Source of the DNA: Alphaproteobacteria bacterium
Lineage (GTDB): Bacteria > Pseudomonadota > Alphaproteobacteria > MPNO01
Direction: 5' to 3'
Assembly (NCBI GenBank): GCA_964291675.2
Contig: OZ219866.1
Span: 800,001 to 864,000 of the forward strand
DNA: 64,000 nucleotides
This document shows positions 53,507 to 63,074 of this stretch, piece by piece (the stretch's first letter is position 1; each line of letters opens with the position of its first letter). The notes beneath the pieces are model-generated. The model did not search any database. It worked only from the letters and a program-made list of their open reading frames with translations, and was not told the origin of the DNA. The position numbers and the translations under genes are program-made.

Positions 53507-53689
53507 CGCGTGCGCGCGAACCGCCGCCGGGCGGCCGCGGCGCGGCCCCCAGGGGAGGGACCCGGAGCGCGGTCCCGCCGGCGCGAAGCCGGAGACGCCG
53601 GTATGCGCGGTGGCGCGGACGGGCGGTCCGGGGCCGCGGAAGCCCGGGCGGGTCCTCCCGCCTCCAGCCCATCGCGACAGGGAGCTCGC

Positions 53690-54322
53690 ATGAACTACTA
53701 CACCTACCATTTCATCGTGAACGGCCGCGTCGTTCATACCGGGATCACCACCGACCCGACACGCCAGCAGCTGGCGGATCAGGCGAGATGGTCCCAGGGC
53801 CATATCCAGGTTGTCGGCGGCCCGATGCCGGAGCGGGCCGCGATGGCATGGAAAGCGAATGCCGACCGGCAAGCCCGCCTGGCGGGGAAATCGCCGCAGG
53901 GCCCGCGCTACGCGGGAGACGAAGCCATCGGCATCGACATCGAGCGCGACGATGGCATCGTGACCGTGAGCGTGACGGGCCGGATGGACTCGGTGTCCGC
54001 GCAGAGCTTCCACCGCGAGACCAGGCCCCTCATCGAAGACGCCGCGCGCGGCGTCGTCCTGAACCTGACCGACCTGACCTTCATGAGCAGCGGCGGGCTC
54101 CGGGCGACCCTGCTCCTGGCGAGGCAGCTCGGCGCGAGACGCAGCACCCTGGTCATGTACGGGCTGTCGGAGATGGTCCGCGAGGTCTACGCCATCAGCG
54201 GCTTCGACCGGTTCCTCAACATCGTGGAGAGCCGCGCGGCGGCGATGGCGATTGTCGGGCGGGAGGAGTCGTCCCCGGACCCCGGCGGGGAAGCTCCCAA
54301 GCCGCGCGGCACCGCCCGATGA
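53690..54322 (+). CDS. STAS (anti-sigma-factor antagonist) protein with N-terminal GIY-YIG-like minidomain
   Basis: GGGAG RBS; C-terminal GRMDS...LTFMSSGGLR...ISGF is STAS; N-terminal YTYHF...VVHTGITTDP.R. Confidence 0.8.
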   Translation: MNYYTYHFIVNGRVVHTGITTDPTRQQLADQARWSQGHIQVVGGPMPERAAMAWKANADRQARLAGKSPQGPRYAGDEAIGIDIERDDGIVTVSVTGRMDSVSAQSFHRETRPLIEDAARGVVLNLTDLTFMSSGGLRATLLLARQLGARRSTLVMYGLSEMVREVYAISGFDRFLNIVESRAAAMAIVGREESSPDPGGEAPKPRGTAR

Positions 54323-54489
54323 GGGGATGGCACGGACCCGGCGGGGTGCAAGGCCGCTAGCACCGGCAAGGCGGACGGACCCGCGCCCGGGCGTTGCGGG
54401 GTTGAAGGCGGGCAGGCGCCGGACCATTTCAAGTAGAGCATGAATGCGCACCACGCACGCATGCCGTGCGCCGGTCCCGGGCGGGCGCG

Positions 54490-55345
54490 GTGACCGGGGC
54501 GGGCGGGATCGAGACCGTCGGCGGCGCGGAGATCGCCGCGGCGATCGACCGGCGGCGCTGCTTCCGGGGCTTCCGCTACCGCCTGCTCGGCATCGCCCGC
54601 AAGGCGGCGTTCGCCTGCTTCCTGTTCCAGTATCTGCTGCTCTTCGAGGTCGGCCTCCCGTGGGCCCTGGCGCTCGGCGCCGCGGCGCTCGCCGTCGAGC
54701 TCCGCACCAACCGGTTCACGATGGCGACCTATGCGACCCGCGAGATCGTCGATCTGCTGTTGCGGCGGGCGAGCCTGGAAGCGAAGCGCAACGATGCCCC
54801 GAAGCGGGTGGCCGCCGGTTCGCTGCTCTGGCTCGCGGGCGTCGTCGGCTGCATCGCGGGCGTGCCGTTCTGGGTGTGCCAGGCGGCGATGTTTGCCGGC
54901 GCGCTGTGGCTGCTGTGGGCGCTCAAGACCGTGGACGCGATCGGCAACATCGGGAGCGGGATGTTCGAATACATCGAGACCGGGGACGGCCGGTTTCATG
55001 TCCGGCTGCGACGCAACCTTGGCGACATGGAACTCATCCGGCCCTGGGAAGACCGGGGCTGGTCCGCGTATATCCTGGCGATCCTGTATGCGTCGTTTGC
55101 GGCTCTCGCGCTGTTCGCCGCCGTCGCCGACATCCGGGACCTCGAAGGCGGAGAAAATGCGTTCACCCTTCTGCCGCTCGTCCTTTCCGTGTTCGGCTGC
55201 GCCGCCCACGAGCCGGCCCGGTTCCACCTCGTCGACCGCGAGCTGGAGCGCCTGCGCGGATGCGGCGCGCGACCCGGAGGGCTGGGCCGGGGCGCTGCGC
55301 CGGGCGGACCGCGAGGAGAGTCTCATCGCCGGGCTCGGCACATGA
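54490..55345 (+). CDS. Multi-pass membrane protein A (apparent frameshift at about 55258 fuses it to B in the 54466-56064 ORF)
   Basis: About 6 TM; alternative frame gives DAARDPEGWAGALRRADREESLIAGLGT* ending in ATGA overlap with B. Confidence 0.55.
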
Positions 55346-56064
55346 CCCCGGCCGGGATCGCCCGGGCGGTCGAGGCCAGGGGGTTTCGCTGGAACCTCTA
55401 TCTCCACCTGCTCCGCATCGCCCGCCGATACGCCTTCACCTGGCTCGCCGGCCAGTACTTGCTGGCGGTCGGCGCCCATCCGCTGTCGACGATCGTGACC
55501 ACCCTCTGCGTCTGGGGCTTGGAACGCGCCACCAACCGGTTCGCGCTGCGGGTCCATTCGACGCAGCGCATCGTCGATCACTGGCTGGGGCGCCCGGCGC
55601 TGGGCAAGTCCGCGCTGCGCTGGGGCGATGCGCAGATCGTGCTCTGCCTCGCCGGCGTCGCCGTCTTGCTGGTCTGCCGGTCCGGCGCGCCGGTCTATCT
55701 GTGCCAGATCCTGTTCTTCTCGGCGATGGTGGCGGCGCTCTACTGGGCGAAGACCGCGGATTTCCCGCCCTTCCATCTGCACCGCCCCGCCCTCGTCCGG
55801 CTGTTCGGCCCGGCGCTCAGGCCGGTGCGCAGCGTGTTCGCGGGCCTGTCCTGCCTGGTCGGCCTGACGGTCTGGCTGGTGCTGCCTCTTACGCTTTGGG
55901 GCAAAGGCGGGGCGATGGCGCTGGACCACGCCGACCAGCCCTGGGTGCTGGCGATCGCCATCCTGCCCTTGCTCGGCTGCGCCGGCCACGAGACGCTCCG
56001 CTTCCTGCTGGTGCGCCGCGAGATGGCGCGGCTCGGGGAGCAACGCCGGGGCGAGACCGGGTAG
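55342..56064 (+). CDS. Multi-pass membrane protein B, paralog of A
   Basis: Shared motifs IA.A, LL.IAR, QYLL, TNRF, T..IVD, CQ..F, KT.D, GCA.HE..RF.LV.RE. Confidence 0.65.
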   Translation: MTPAGIARAVEARGFRWNLYLHLLRIARRYAFTWLAGQYLLAVGAHPLSTIVTTLCVWGLERATNRFALRVHSTQRIVDHWLGRPALGKSALRWGDAQIVLCLAGVAVLLVCRSGAPVYLCQILFFSAMVAALYWAKTADFPPFHLHRPALVRLFGPALRPVRSVFAGLSCLVGLTVWLVLPLTLWGKGGAMALDHADQPWVLAIAILPLLGCAGHETLRFLLVRREMARLGEQRRGETG

Positions 56065-56144
56065 GCGGAGACATCGCGACCGCGCCCGGGACGGGCGACG
56101 CCGCGTGTCGAAGCCCGGCCCCCGCCAATCGCCCCCCCCCAGCC

Positions 56145-56552
56145 TTCATGCCCGGACTTGATCCGGGCACCCATGGCCGGACTTGATCCGGCCACCCACC
56201 GCCGCCACCCCTCCCCACGGCCCGCCGTGCGCGCCGATAGGCCGCATGGGTGCCCGGATCAAGTCCGGGCATGACGAGGGGGGTGCATGACGGGGGGAAA
56301 GAGCATGGGACGCGTGGGGTGCGGTTGCGCATGACGGGGGGTGCATGACGAGGTGGGGAGGCATGGCGAGCGTTCGGGCGCTCGGGCACGACGCCGGGGA
56401 TCGCCGGCGGGCGCGCCGCCCCCCGTGACGCCCGGCCCCCGCTCCGTCAAATAATCTGGATAAGCCCCTATCGAAGGGCAGCCCGGCCCCCCCAAGCGTC
56501 ATGCTTGGCCCCCGGATCAAGTCCGGGGGTGAGCCGGGCACCCACTGCCGCC
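56145..56552. repeat. Cluster of CGTC-type REP palindromes and GCATGACG repeats
   Basis: Copies at about 56145-56172, 56172-56198, 56247-56276 (inverted) and 56497-56532; GCATGACG x4 between 56269 and 56350. Confidence 0.85.
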
Positions 56553-56657
56553 CTCGCGGCGTCGCGCCCCGGTTTTTCCACTGTCGGTAAAGAAATTTCC
56601 GACTGTATGTATCGAGGGATCCGGGCGCCGGCACGGCGATCGCCTTCGCCGCTCAGG
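56497..56657 (+). repeat. Collapsed direct-repeat copy of 52253-53420
   Basis: Four collinear segments match 52253-52289, 52316-52334, 53260-53321 and 53386-53420. Confidence 0.8.
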
Positions 56658-57239
56658 CGGCCTCGCCCCGCAGGATCTCGCCCTCCACATAAGCGCGGAA
56701 CGCCGCGCCCGAGGTGAAGCAGCGGTAGCCGGCGGCGCTGGCGATCGCCAGAAGCTCGGCCGGCTCGTTCAGCAGCACGGCGACCGGCCCGGTCAGCCCG
56801 GGCTGCAGCCCGTCCGGCCAGGCGAGGTCGAACACCGCCATCTGAGCGCCGGTCGCCGGGTCGGCGTGGTCGAAGGCGAGCGCCCCGCGCGGCAGGTCGC
56901 GTGCGGCGATCCAGTCGTTGAGCGCCTCCAGCTCCCGCTCCTCGGCCTCGCTCGCGATGCCGCCGGGCGGGGCCGGGGCCGGCTCGGCGGTCGCCGGCCG
57001 GGCTTCGGCGAGCCATTTCGGATCGCCGTGCAGCAGGTCGGCGAAGCACCGGTTGGCCTCCGCCGCCAGCAGGGCCCTGCGCGCTGCGAGAAAATCGCGG
57101 TAGCGCTCGATGCGCCACAGGGCGGGGTCCATCGGTATCCACTGCGAGGCGAGCGCGCCCGGATGGCTCGCCTCCACCGCCTCGAAATACGCCTCGGGGA
57201 AGCGGTTGCCGATGACCAGGTTGGTCTCCCTGGTCAGGA
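56653..57239 (-). pseudogene. C-terminal fragment of GmrSD-like (DUF262/DUF1524) nuclease, separated by IS21
   Basis: Continues ...NFCFLT|RETNLVIGNRFPEAYF...ALASQWIP...YRDFLAARRALL across the insertion. Confidence 0.85.
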
Positions 57240-57544
57240 TGCGGATTCCTACGGACTTGACGGCGGATTCCTATTTTACTTGACCGCGATTCCTGGCACT
57301 TGACCGCCAGGGCGGTGGCGTTTGTCAGTCTCTCCCGGGTGTTGCCGTAGGGGTTCTCCGTTGCTGGTTGGGGGCTGGCCGGAGGTCAGCCCGGTGCGAG
57401 CGTAAGCGAGCCCTCGCCGTCATGCAAAGGCCTGTCGGGCGCGGCGGCGAGCTCCCTCATTCAGCACGCCGCCGCGCGCGCCTGTGTTGCCACCGGGGAC
57501 GGCGCCGCAGGCGCCCATGGACCCGGCCGCCAGGCCGGGCCCCC

Positions 57545-58306
57545 TCACTTGTCGTTGCCGCCGTCGAGCGGCGGCGGCCTGTTGCGCTTGCGCTGGGATT
57601 CGCCCTTGAGGTCGATGCGGTAGGCGTTGTGGACGATTCTATCGAGGACCGCGTCGGCGATCGTGGGTTCTCCGATCACCTCGGGCCAGCGCTCCACGGG
57701 TATCTGACTGGCGATCAGGATGGACTTGCGTCCGTGTCGCGCCTCGGCGATCTCCAGCAGGTCGCGCCGGCCCTCGGTAGAGAAGCCTTGCAGCCCCCAG
57801 TCGTCGAGGACCAGCAGGTCGACCCTGGCGAGGCGTCCCATCAACCGGGCGTGGGTGCCCTTGTCGCGGGCGCGGTCCAGCGCCGTGACCAGCTCGGGGA
57901 CGCGGCGGTAGAGCACCGACTGCTTCTGGCGGCAGGCCTGGTGGGCGAGCGCGCAGGCCACGAATGTCTTGCCCGATCCCGTTGCGCCGAGCAGGACGAG
58001 ATTGACGGCCTGTCGGATCCAGTCGCCGGCGGCGAGCTGGGTGAGCGTGGTTCGGGCGATGCCGCGCCCGGCGCGGCAGTCGACGTCCTGGATGTCGGCG
58101 CGGATGCGCAGCTGGGCCTGGCGCAGGTGGCCGAGATAGCTCCTGTGCTCGCGGTGCTCGGCCTCGCGCTCGATCAGCATGGCGAGGCGGTCGTCGAAGC
58201 CGAGCCGCTCGATGTCGGGGACGTCCTTCTGCTCCTCAAGCGCCTCGGCCATGCCGGTGAGGCCGAGCTGCAGCATGCGTTCGATATTGGGCTGTCGCAG
58301 GGTCAT
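57545..58306 (-). CDS. istB: IS21 helper ATPase IstB
   Basis: GATGSGKT, LLVLDDWG, SQIP, ADAVLDRIVH. Confidence 0.95.
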   Translation of the reverse strand: MTLRQPNIERMLQLGLTGMAEALEEQKDVPDIERLGFDDRLAMLIEREAEHREHRSYLGHLRQAQLRIRADIQDVDCRAGRGIARTTLTQLAAGDWIRQAVNLVLLGATGSGKTFVACALAHQACRQKQSVLYRRVPELVTALDRARDKGTHARLMGRLARVDLLVLDDWGLQGFSTEGRRDLLEIAEARHGRKSILIASQIPVERWPEVIGEPTIADAVLDRIVHNAYRIDLKGESQRKRNRPPPLDGGNDK

Positions 58307-59892
58307 GGTGTCGCTCCGTCGTTTCCGTAGTAATCGCCGCCGCGGATGTTGTCGTGGCCGGGGATGGTCTCCCTGGCTTGCACGCGGCGCCGATCGGGGC
58401 CGCCGCCGTGCTTGATGCGCTCCCTGAGGAAGCCCGAGGCGAGGCGGTTGAGATCGAGGGCCTCGGCGCAGAGCGCGTCGAGGCGCGCGTCGTCGTGGTC
58501 TTCGGCGAGGCGGATCATCCCCTGCACGGTGGCGAAGGCCTGTTCGGGGAAGTCGCGCGAGGCGAAGCAGCGCTCGGCCCAGGCCGCGGCGTTCGGGCCG
58601 ATCTTGCGGGCGCGCTCCAGCAGGATGTCGCCGTAATCGGGCTCGCGGATGTCGCGCACCGCCCTGAGACGGTCGGGCATGTGCTCGGGCTCGGTGGCGT
58701 ACTGGTTGCGCCCGCTCTTCAGCCGGTGGACGGCGATCCGCTCGCCGCCCTTGTCCAGGAAGAGCTCGACCATGCGCTCGCCGACCCGGGCGTGGATCTT
58801 GCGGCCGATATGGCGCTCCGGCGCGGAGTAGTGATTGCGGGCGATGCGGACGTGGCAGTTGGGCCCGACCTTCCGCTCGATCCACTCGCCCCATTCCCAG
58901 GGGTTCCGGGGCAGCGGCTTGAGGAGTGTCCGCTCGCCTGCTTCGAACAGCGCGCGCCGGGTCTCGCCGCACGCCATGGGGGCTTCGTTCAGCCGGTCGA
59001 GCTCGCGCCGGATCGCGGCGTTCATCGCGTCCAGCGAGAAGAAGGTCTCGTGACGCAGCACCAGCAGGATGCGCGACTGGACCGCCCCGACGCAGGCCTC
59101 CACGAGCCCCTTGTCGGTCGCTCGCCCCGAGCGCGCCGGCAGCACGGCGACGCCGTAGTGCTGGGCGAACTCGCGGAAGCTCGGATTGAGCCGGGGCGCC
59201 TCGCGGTCCGGCTTGTCGACGCCGGCCTTGAGGTTGTCGATGATCCAGCGCCCGGGGACGCCGCCGAAGTACTCGAAGGCGCGGCGATGCGCCATGATCC
59301 AGTGACGCACGCGCTGGTCGGGCACCGCCTCGGCATAGATCAGGTTCGAATGCGCCAGCACGGCGACGAAGATCTCGACATCCTTCTCGCCGCGGCCGGT
59401 CCTCAGCGCCAGCGTCTTGCCGGAGAAGTCGGACAGGCCCCAAAGACCCGGCGCATAGTGGAAACGCATCTGCGCCGGCTCGGGCCGGCTCCCCAGACGC
59501 TCGCCGAGCAGCGCGCAGAACCGGCTGTAGGTATAGGGCTTGCCCTCCTGGGCCAGCGCCTCGTCGCGGTACTCGACCCAGAGCTGGCGCCGCGTCAGCC
59601 GGGCGCGGCGGCGCTTGCGCGGCGCGGTGAGCGCTTCGATGACCGCATCCCAGTCCGGCTGAACCCGGTCGCCGTCCGGATCCGGCGCCGGGTAGAGCCG
59701 CGCGCGAAGCGCCGCATCGTCGAGATCGTCCGGCAGCGGCCAGGACAGACCCGCCGCCGCGGCACGGGCAAGCACATGCGAGACCGTCCCCGTGCTCACC
59801 CCGACCGCGGCCGCGATCTGCGCCCGAGGCAGCGCAAGATCGTGGCGGTGCCGCAGAATGTCCTTGATCTTCATCGTGCCGGTCCTCTTCAT
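58303..59892 (-). CDS. istA: IS21 transposase IstA
   Basis: HTH, YSRFC, DFSG, FGGVP..IDNLK, DKGLVE DDE motifs; start may be 59874. Confidence 0.95.
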   Translation of the reverse strand: MKRTGTMKIKDILRHRHDLALPRAQIAAAVGVSTGTVSHVLARAAAAGLSWPLPDDLDDAALRARLYPAPDPDGDRVQPDWDAVIEALTAPRKRRRARLTRRQLWVEYRDEALAQEGKPYTYSRFCALLGERLGSRPEPAQMRFHYAPGLWGLSDFSGKTLALRTGRGEKDVEIFVAVLAHSNLIYAEAVPDQRVRHWIMAHRRAFEYFGGVPGRWIIDNLKAGVDKPDREAPRLNPSFREFAQHYGVAVLPARSGRATDKGLVEACVGAVQSRILLVLRHETFFSLDAMNAAIRRELDRLNEAPMACGETRRALFEAGERTLLKPLPRNPWEWGEWIERKVGPNCHVRIARNHYSAPERHIGRKIHARVGERMVELFLDKGGERIAVHRLKSGRNQYATEPEHMPDRLRAVRDIREPDYGDILLERARKIGPNAAAWAERCFASRDFPEQAFATVQGMIRLAEDHDDARLDALCAEALDLNRLASGFLRERIKHGGGPDRRRVQARETIPGHDNIRGGDYYGNDGATP

Positions 59893-60091
59893 CGCGCCCC
59901 CGCCTGCTCGATCCGATCGAGCGATCGATCAGGCAGGGTCGGGAGAGAATCGGCACCTCGGACGGCTCGTCGGACGCCGCCCGGCAATGGCCCGTCAGGC
60001 CAGGTCCAGAGCCTCGGCCCGGACCGTCAAATGCTCAGGAATCGCGGTCAAATCCCGTAGGAATCGCGGTCAAATCCGCCAGGAATCTGCA

Positions 60092-61465
60092 GTCAGGAAG
60101 CAGAAATTGGCCACCGCGTTGACCTCCGCCCGCTCGTAACCGGCGTCGTAGAGCCGCGACTTGGGGAAGATGTGGTGCACCTCCAGGCGGTGCATCCTGC
60201 CCAGCAAATCGGCCTTGAGGGGCAGGCCGGTCCCCCAGTCCCTGGCCTGGCCCATGCGGGTCAGCATGTAGAGCACCGGATAGAACCGCGCGCCGAGGCT
60301 CCAGCCGTCGAAATGGCCGGGCTCGACGCGCAGCCCGCCCTGCCACAGGCGGAGCCGCTCGATCGGCGCGTCGAGCCCGCCATCGGGGCCTTCCAGCGCC
60401 GCGAGGTCCTGGTCGATAACGGTCTCGGTCGAGCCGGAGAACCGGCCCCACATCCCGGCCTGGGCGAACCAGAAGAGCAGCTTGTCGCTCTCCTCCGCGG
60501 CCATCGGCCGGGCCCTTCGGTCCATGTAGCGCACCATCACCGGCACGCCGAAGCGCCCGAACAGCACCCGGTCGTGGTCGAGCCCGATCCGGCCCGGCGA
60601 TCAGGTCGAGGCTGGCGTCGATCTGCCTGGCCGCGCGCGCGAGCCCGTCCTGGATGTCGGGCGCCGCCTTGTCGTGCAAATGGGCGAACCTCGCCTCGCC
60701 GGTGAGCACCGTGTTGACCGAACGGAGCAGCCAGTCGAGGTTGAAGGAGTAGCCGGCGTCCTCCCACGCCTTCAGCTTCGCCTTCATCTCGCCCCGCGCT
60801 TCGGGCCATTCGGCGCAGATCCTGGCCAACGCCAGATCGCCCTTCGAGAGCTTGGTGCCGCCGCTGTTGACGCGGTTGAAGATGTCGACGACGACATCGA
60901 GCGACTTGTCCGCGCCGGTTACCTCTTCGACGTGAAGGTCGATTTCGGTGATGCTGAGCAACGTGCTCAGACGGCCGACGAAATCGCCCACCCGTTCGGC
61001 GAGCTCGGGAATTGCCGTCAGCCGGCCAACGAAGCCGCCGAGCCCGGCGGCCCCCCCTTTCATCAGCTCGGTAACGTCGATCCAGAGCGGATCGCCGCGC
61101 ATCCTGACGGGCTGATAGAACTCGAAGCTCTGGTCTTCCAGATGGAAGCGCAGCCCGGTGAAGGTCTGCGGGTTGCCGTCGAAGAATTCGGGCGGCTTGC
61201 CGCGCACCACCCCGTAGAGCGAGGTCATGCGCTGCTGCCCGTCGAGCAGCAGCTTGACGCTGCCGGCGGCGACCGGCCCGCCGCCGCGGCGGTCGGCGGT
61301 CTTCGACTCCGTCACCCAGACCAGCAGCCCGCCCACCGGATGGCGCCGGTACAGCGACTCGAACAGCCCGCGCACCTGGTCGCGGTTCCACACATAGCCG
61401 CGCTGAAACTCGGGCAACGCCATGTCGCCGCTGTCGATGTAATCGAGAACGGTGGAGATTTTCAT
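60092..61465 (-). pseudogene. N-terminal part of GmrSD-like type IV restriction protein (DUF262), with extra +1 frameshift at about 60593
   Basis: LPEFQRGYVW, LLDGQQR, IFNRVNSGGTKL; later HHIFPK and N..ANF (HNH-like) in shifted frame. Confidence 0.88.
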
Positions 61466-61850
61466 GGGTGGGGCTCGCTCGTTGTCGTTGGAGCCGCAAA
61501 GGGAGGCGTTCGGTTGGGGTTATGATCGGCGATGGCCGGCGTCGAGAACGACGTCGACCCCGTCCGCTCATAGCCTTGCTTAACGCTGTCGGCTGGCAAT
61601 GTCCCCTCTCAACCCCACCGGTTCCGTAGCCGCGAAACGAGAGTGTAAACACCGCCAACAACACCAGACAAAACAGCCAGCACGATAAACCAGGCCAAGT
61701 CGCCTGCGAACTGGAATAACTGCCACAGCATAGCGTTCTGAATGAAATCAAGCATAGCGCATCTCTCTGGGGTTAGTCCGTCCCGGTGTGCCGCATCGTA
61801 AGTTCCTGTCCACCTCCGCCGCGCCTCACAACGTCATGGCCGGACTTCCC

Positions 61851-62183
61851 CCACTGCTGTCCGGTTTAGATTTTCGACGCGGGCTCCGCGCCCGTGAGCA
61901 TCTGCATCTCCGCTCCCGCTGTTACCCCTACGTCATGGCCGGACTTGATCCGGCCATCCACGCGGCCTCTCCGCCCGCACGACGGTCCGACGAGAGGGGC
62001 GGCGGCGCACATGGATGCCCGGATCAAGTCCGGGCATGACGAGGGAGGGCCGGGGGCGACGGCGGCATGCGACGACGCGTTGCGCGTGTCGCGATCCGTG
62101 TCCCGATCCGGCGGATGGGCCGGAAATCCGCGCGTACCGAGGCTTTGCGCCCGGTCCAGCTGATCCAAACCGGACAGCAGTGG
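61851..62183. mobile_element. MITE-like element (333 bp) with terminal inverted repeats CCACTGCTGTCCGGTTT, inside a REP palindrome
   Basis: 17-bp perfect IR at 61851-61867 and 62167-62183 (19/20 extended); split REP flanks CGTCATGGCCGGACTT... and ...ACTTGTTCCGG. Confidence 0.65.
61931..62041. repeat. Inverted doublet of CGTC-type REP
   Basis: CGTCATGGCCGGACTTGATCCGGCCATCCA (61931-61960) and TGGATGCCCGGATCAAGTCCGGGCATGACG (62012-62041). Confidence 0.9.
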
Positions 62184-62399
62184 ACTTGTTCCGGATCACA
62201 GTCCGGGCTTGATCCGGCCACCCGCACAGCCTCTCCGCCCGCGAGGCAGCGGGGCGGGAGGGGCGCCGGCGCCTGTGGGTATCCGGTACACCTTCGGGCT
62301 TGTTGCGGGGCCGCGCATGACGAATTGCGGGAAAGCCTCGGCGGACGATACCGCGCACGGTCCCGACCACGTGCAGACGAAGCTCGCAGACGGGACACC

Positions 62400-62655
62400 A
62401 GCGGGACAACCCCTTTCCAAGCCGCGCATTGGTTTCCCAATGCAGAGGGATGGGATTGGCCAGGTCGTCAGACCCACCTCGGGACTTGGCGCGAAGGTGG
62501 TGAATTTCCCAACCGTATTTCGAGCGGCGGTCTCCGTAGTCTCCCCACTTAATTGCCTTGCCGTCCCGGTCATGACGCCAGTCGGCCGGATTGCAAGAGG
62601 GGACAATCCGCCCTTGGTTCCAAACGGACTGCTTCGTAAAGTCGTTAAAGGTCAT
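62400..62655 (-). pseudogene. Small HNH endonuclease-like gene (3' end uncertain; frame runs on into REP region)
   Basis: VWNQG...WRHD..G..I.W.DYG.R.S.YGWEIHH..AKSRGGSDDLAN..PLHWETN; GGAGG RBS. Confidence 0.7.
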
Positions 62656-63074
62656 TCGTTCCTCCCTTTCGTGCGCCTCCATCGGGATAAGAAGCCGACC
62701 GGCTGAAGCCCGGCTCGTCCGGGCAGGCCTCCGATCTTGTCAATCTTTTCGTGGGTTTTCCGGAAATCCTCTGCCAGGGGCTTCTTCACATTTTCGTACC
62801 GGGCCTCGAGCGATTATACCTTCCCCTCAAGTTAGATTATCTTCGCCGGGAGAGAATTTGGTTCATTTGCCATAATCGGTGTTCGCCATTTCAAGACGTC
62901 GCCAACGCGACAGATGCCGATAGAGCTAGGACGCCTACAATCGACCACCGTAGCGAGTCGCGCAGCAGGCCCGGCACGCCGCCGGGAAGCAGCATCCCCC
63001 CGATTTCCTTCACCGGGTCGCCCGATCGTCGTCGGGCTCGTCGGCTCACGGTGCCCTCCACCGAGCGCGGCGGT

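Larger units (their letters stand above)
57240..60091 (-). mobile_element. IS21-family insertion sequence (2852 bp) with 7-bp target duplication GTCAGGA
   Basis: Ends TGCGGATTCCT / AGGAATCTGCA; subterminal TTGACCGCGATTCCT repeats (57280; inverted at 60037 and 60059); TSD at 57233-57239 and 60092-60098. Confidence 0.95.
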
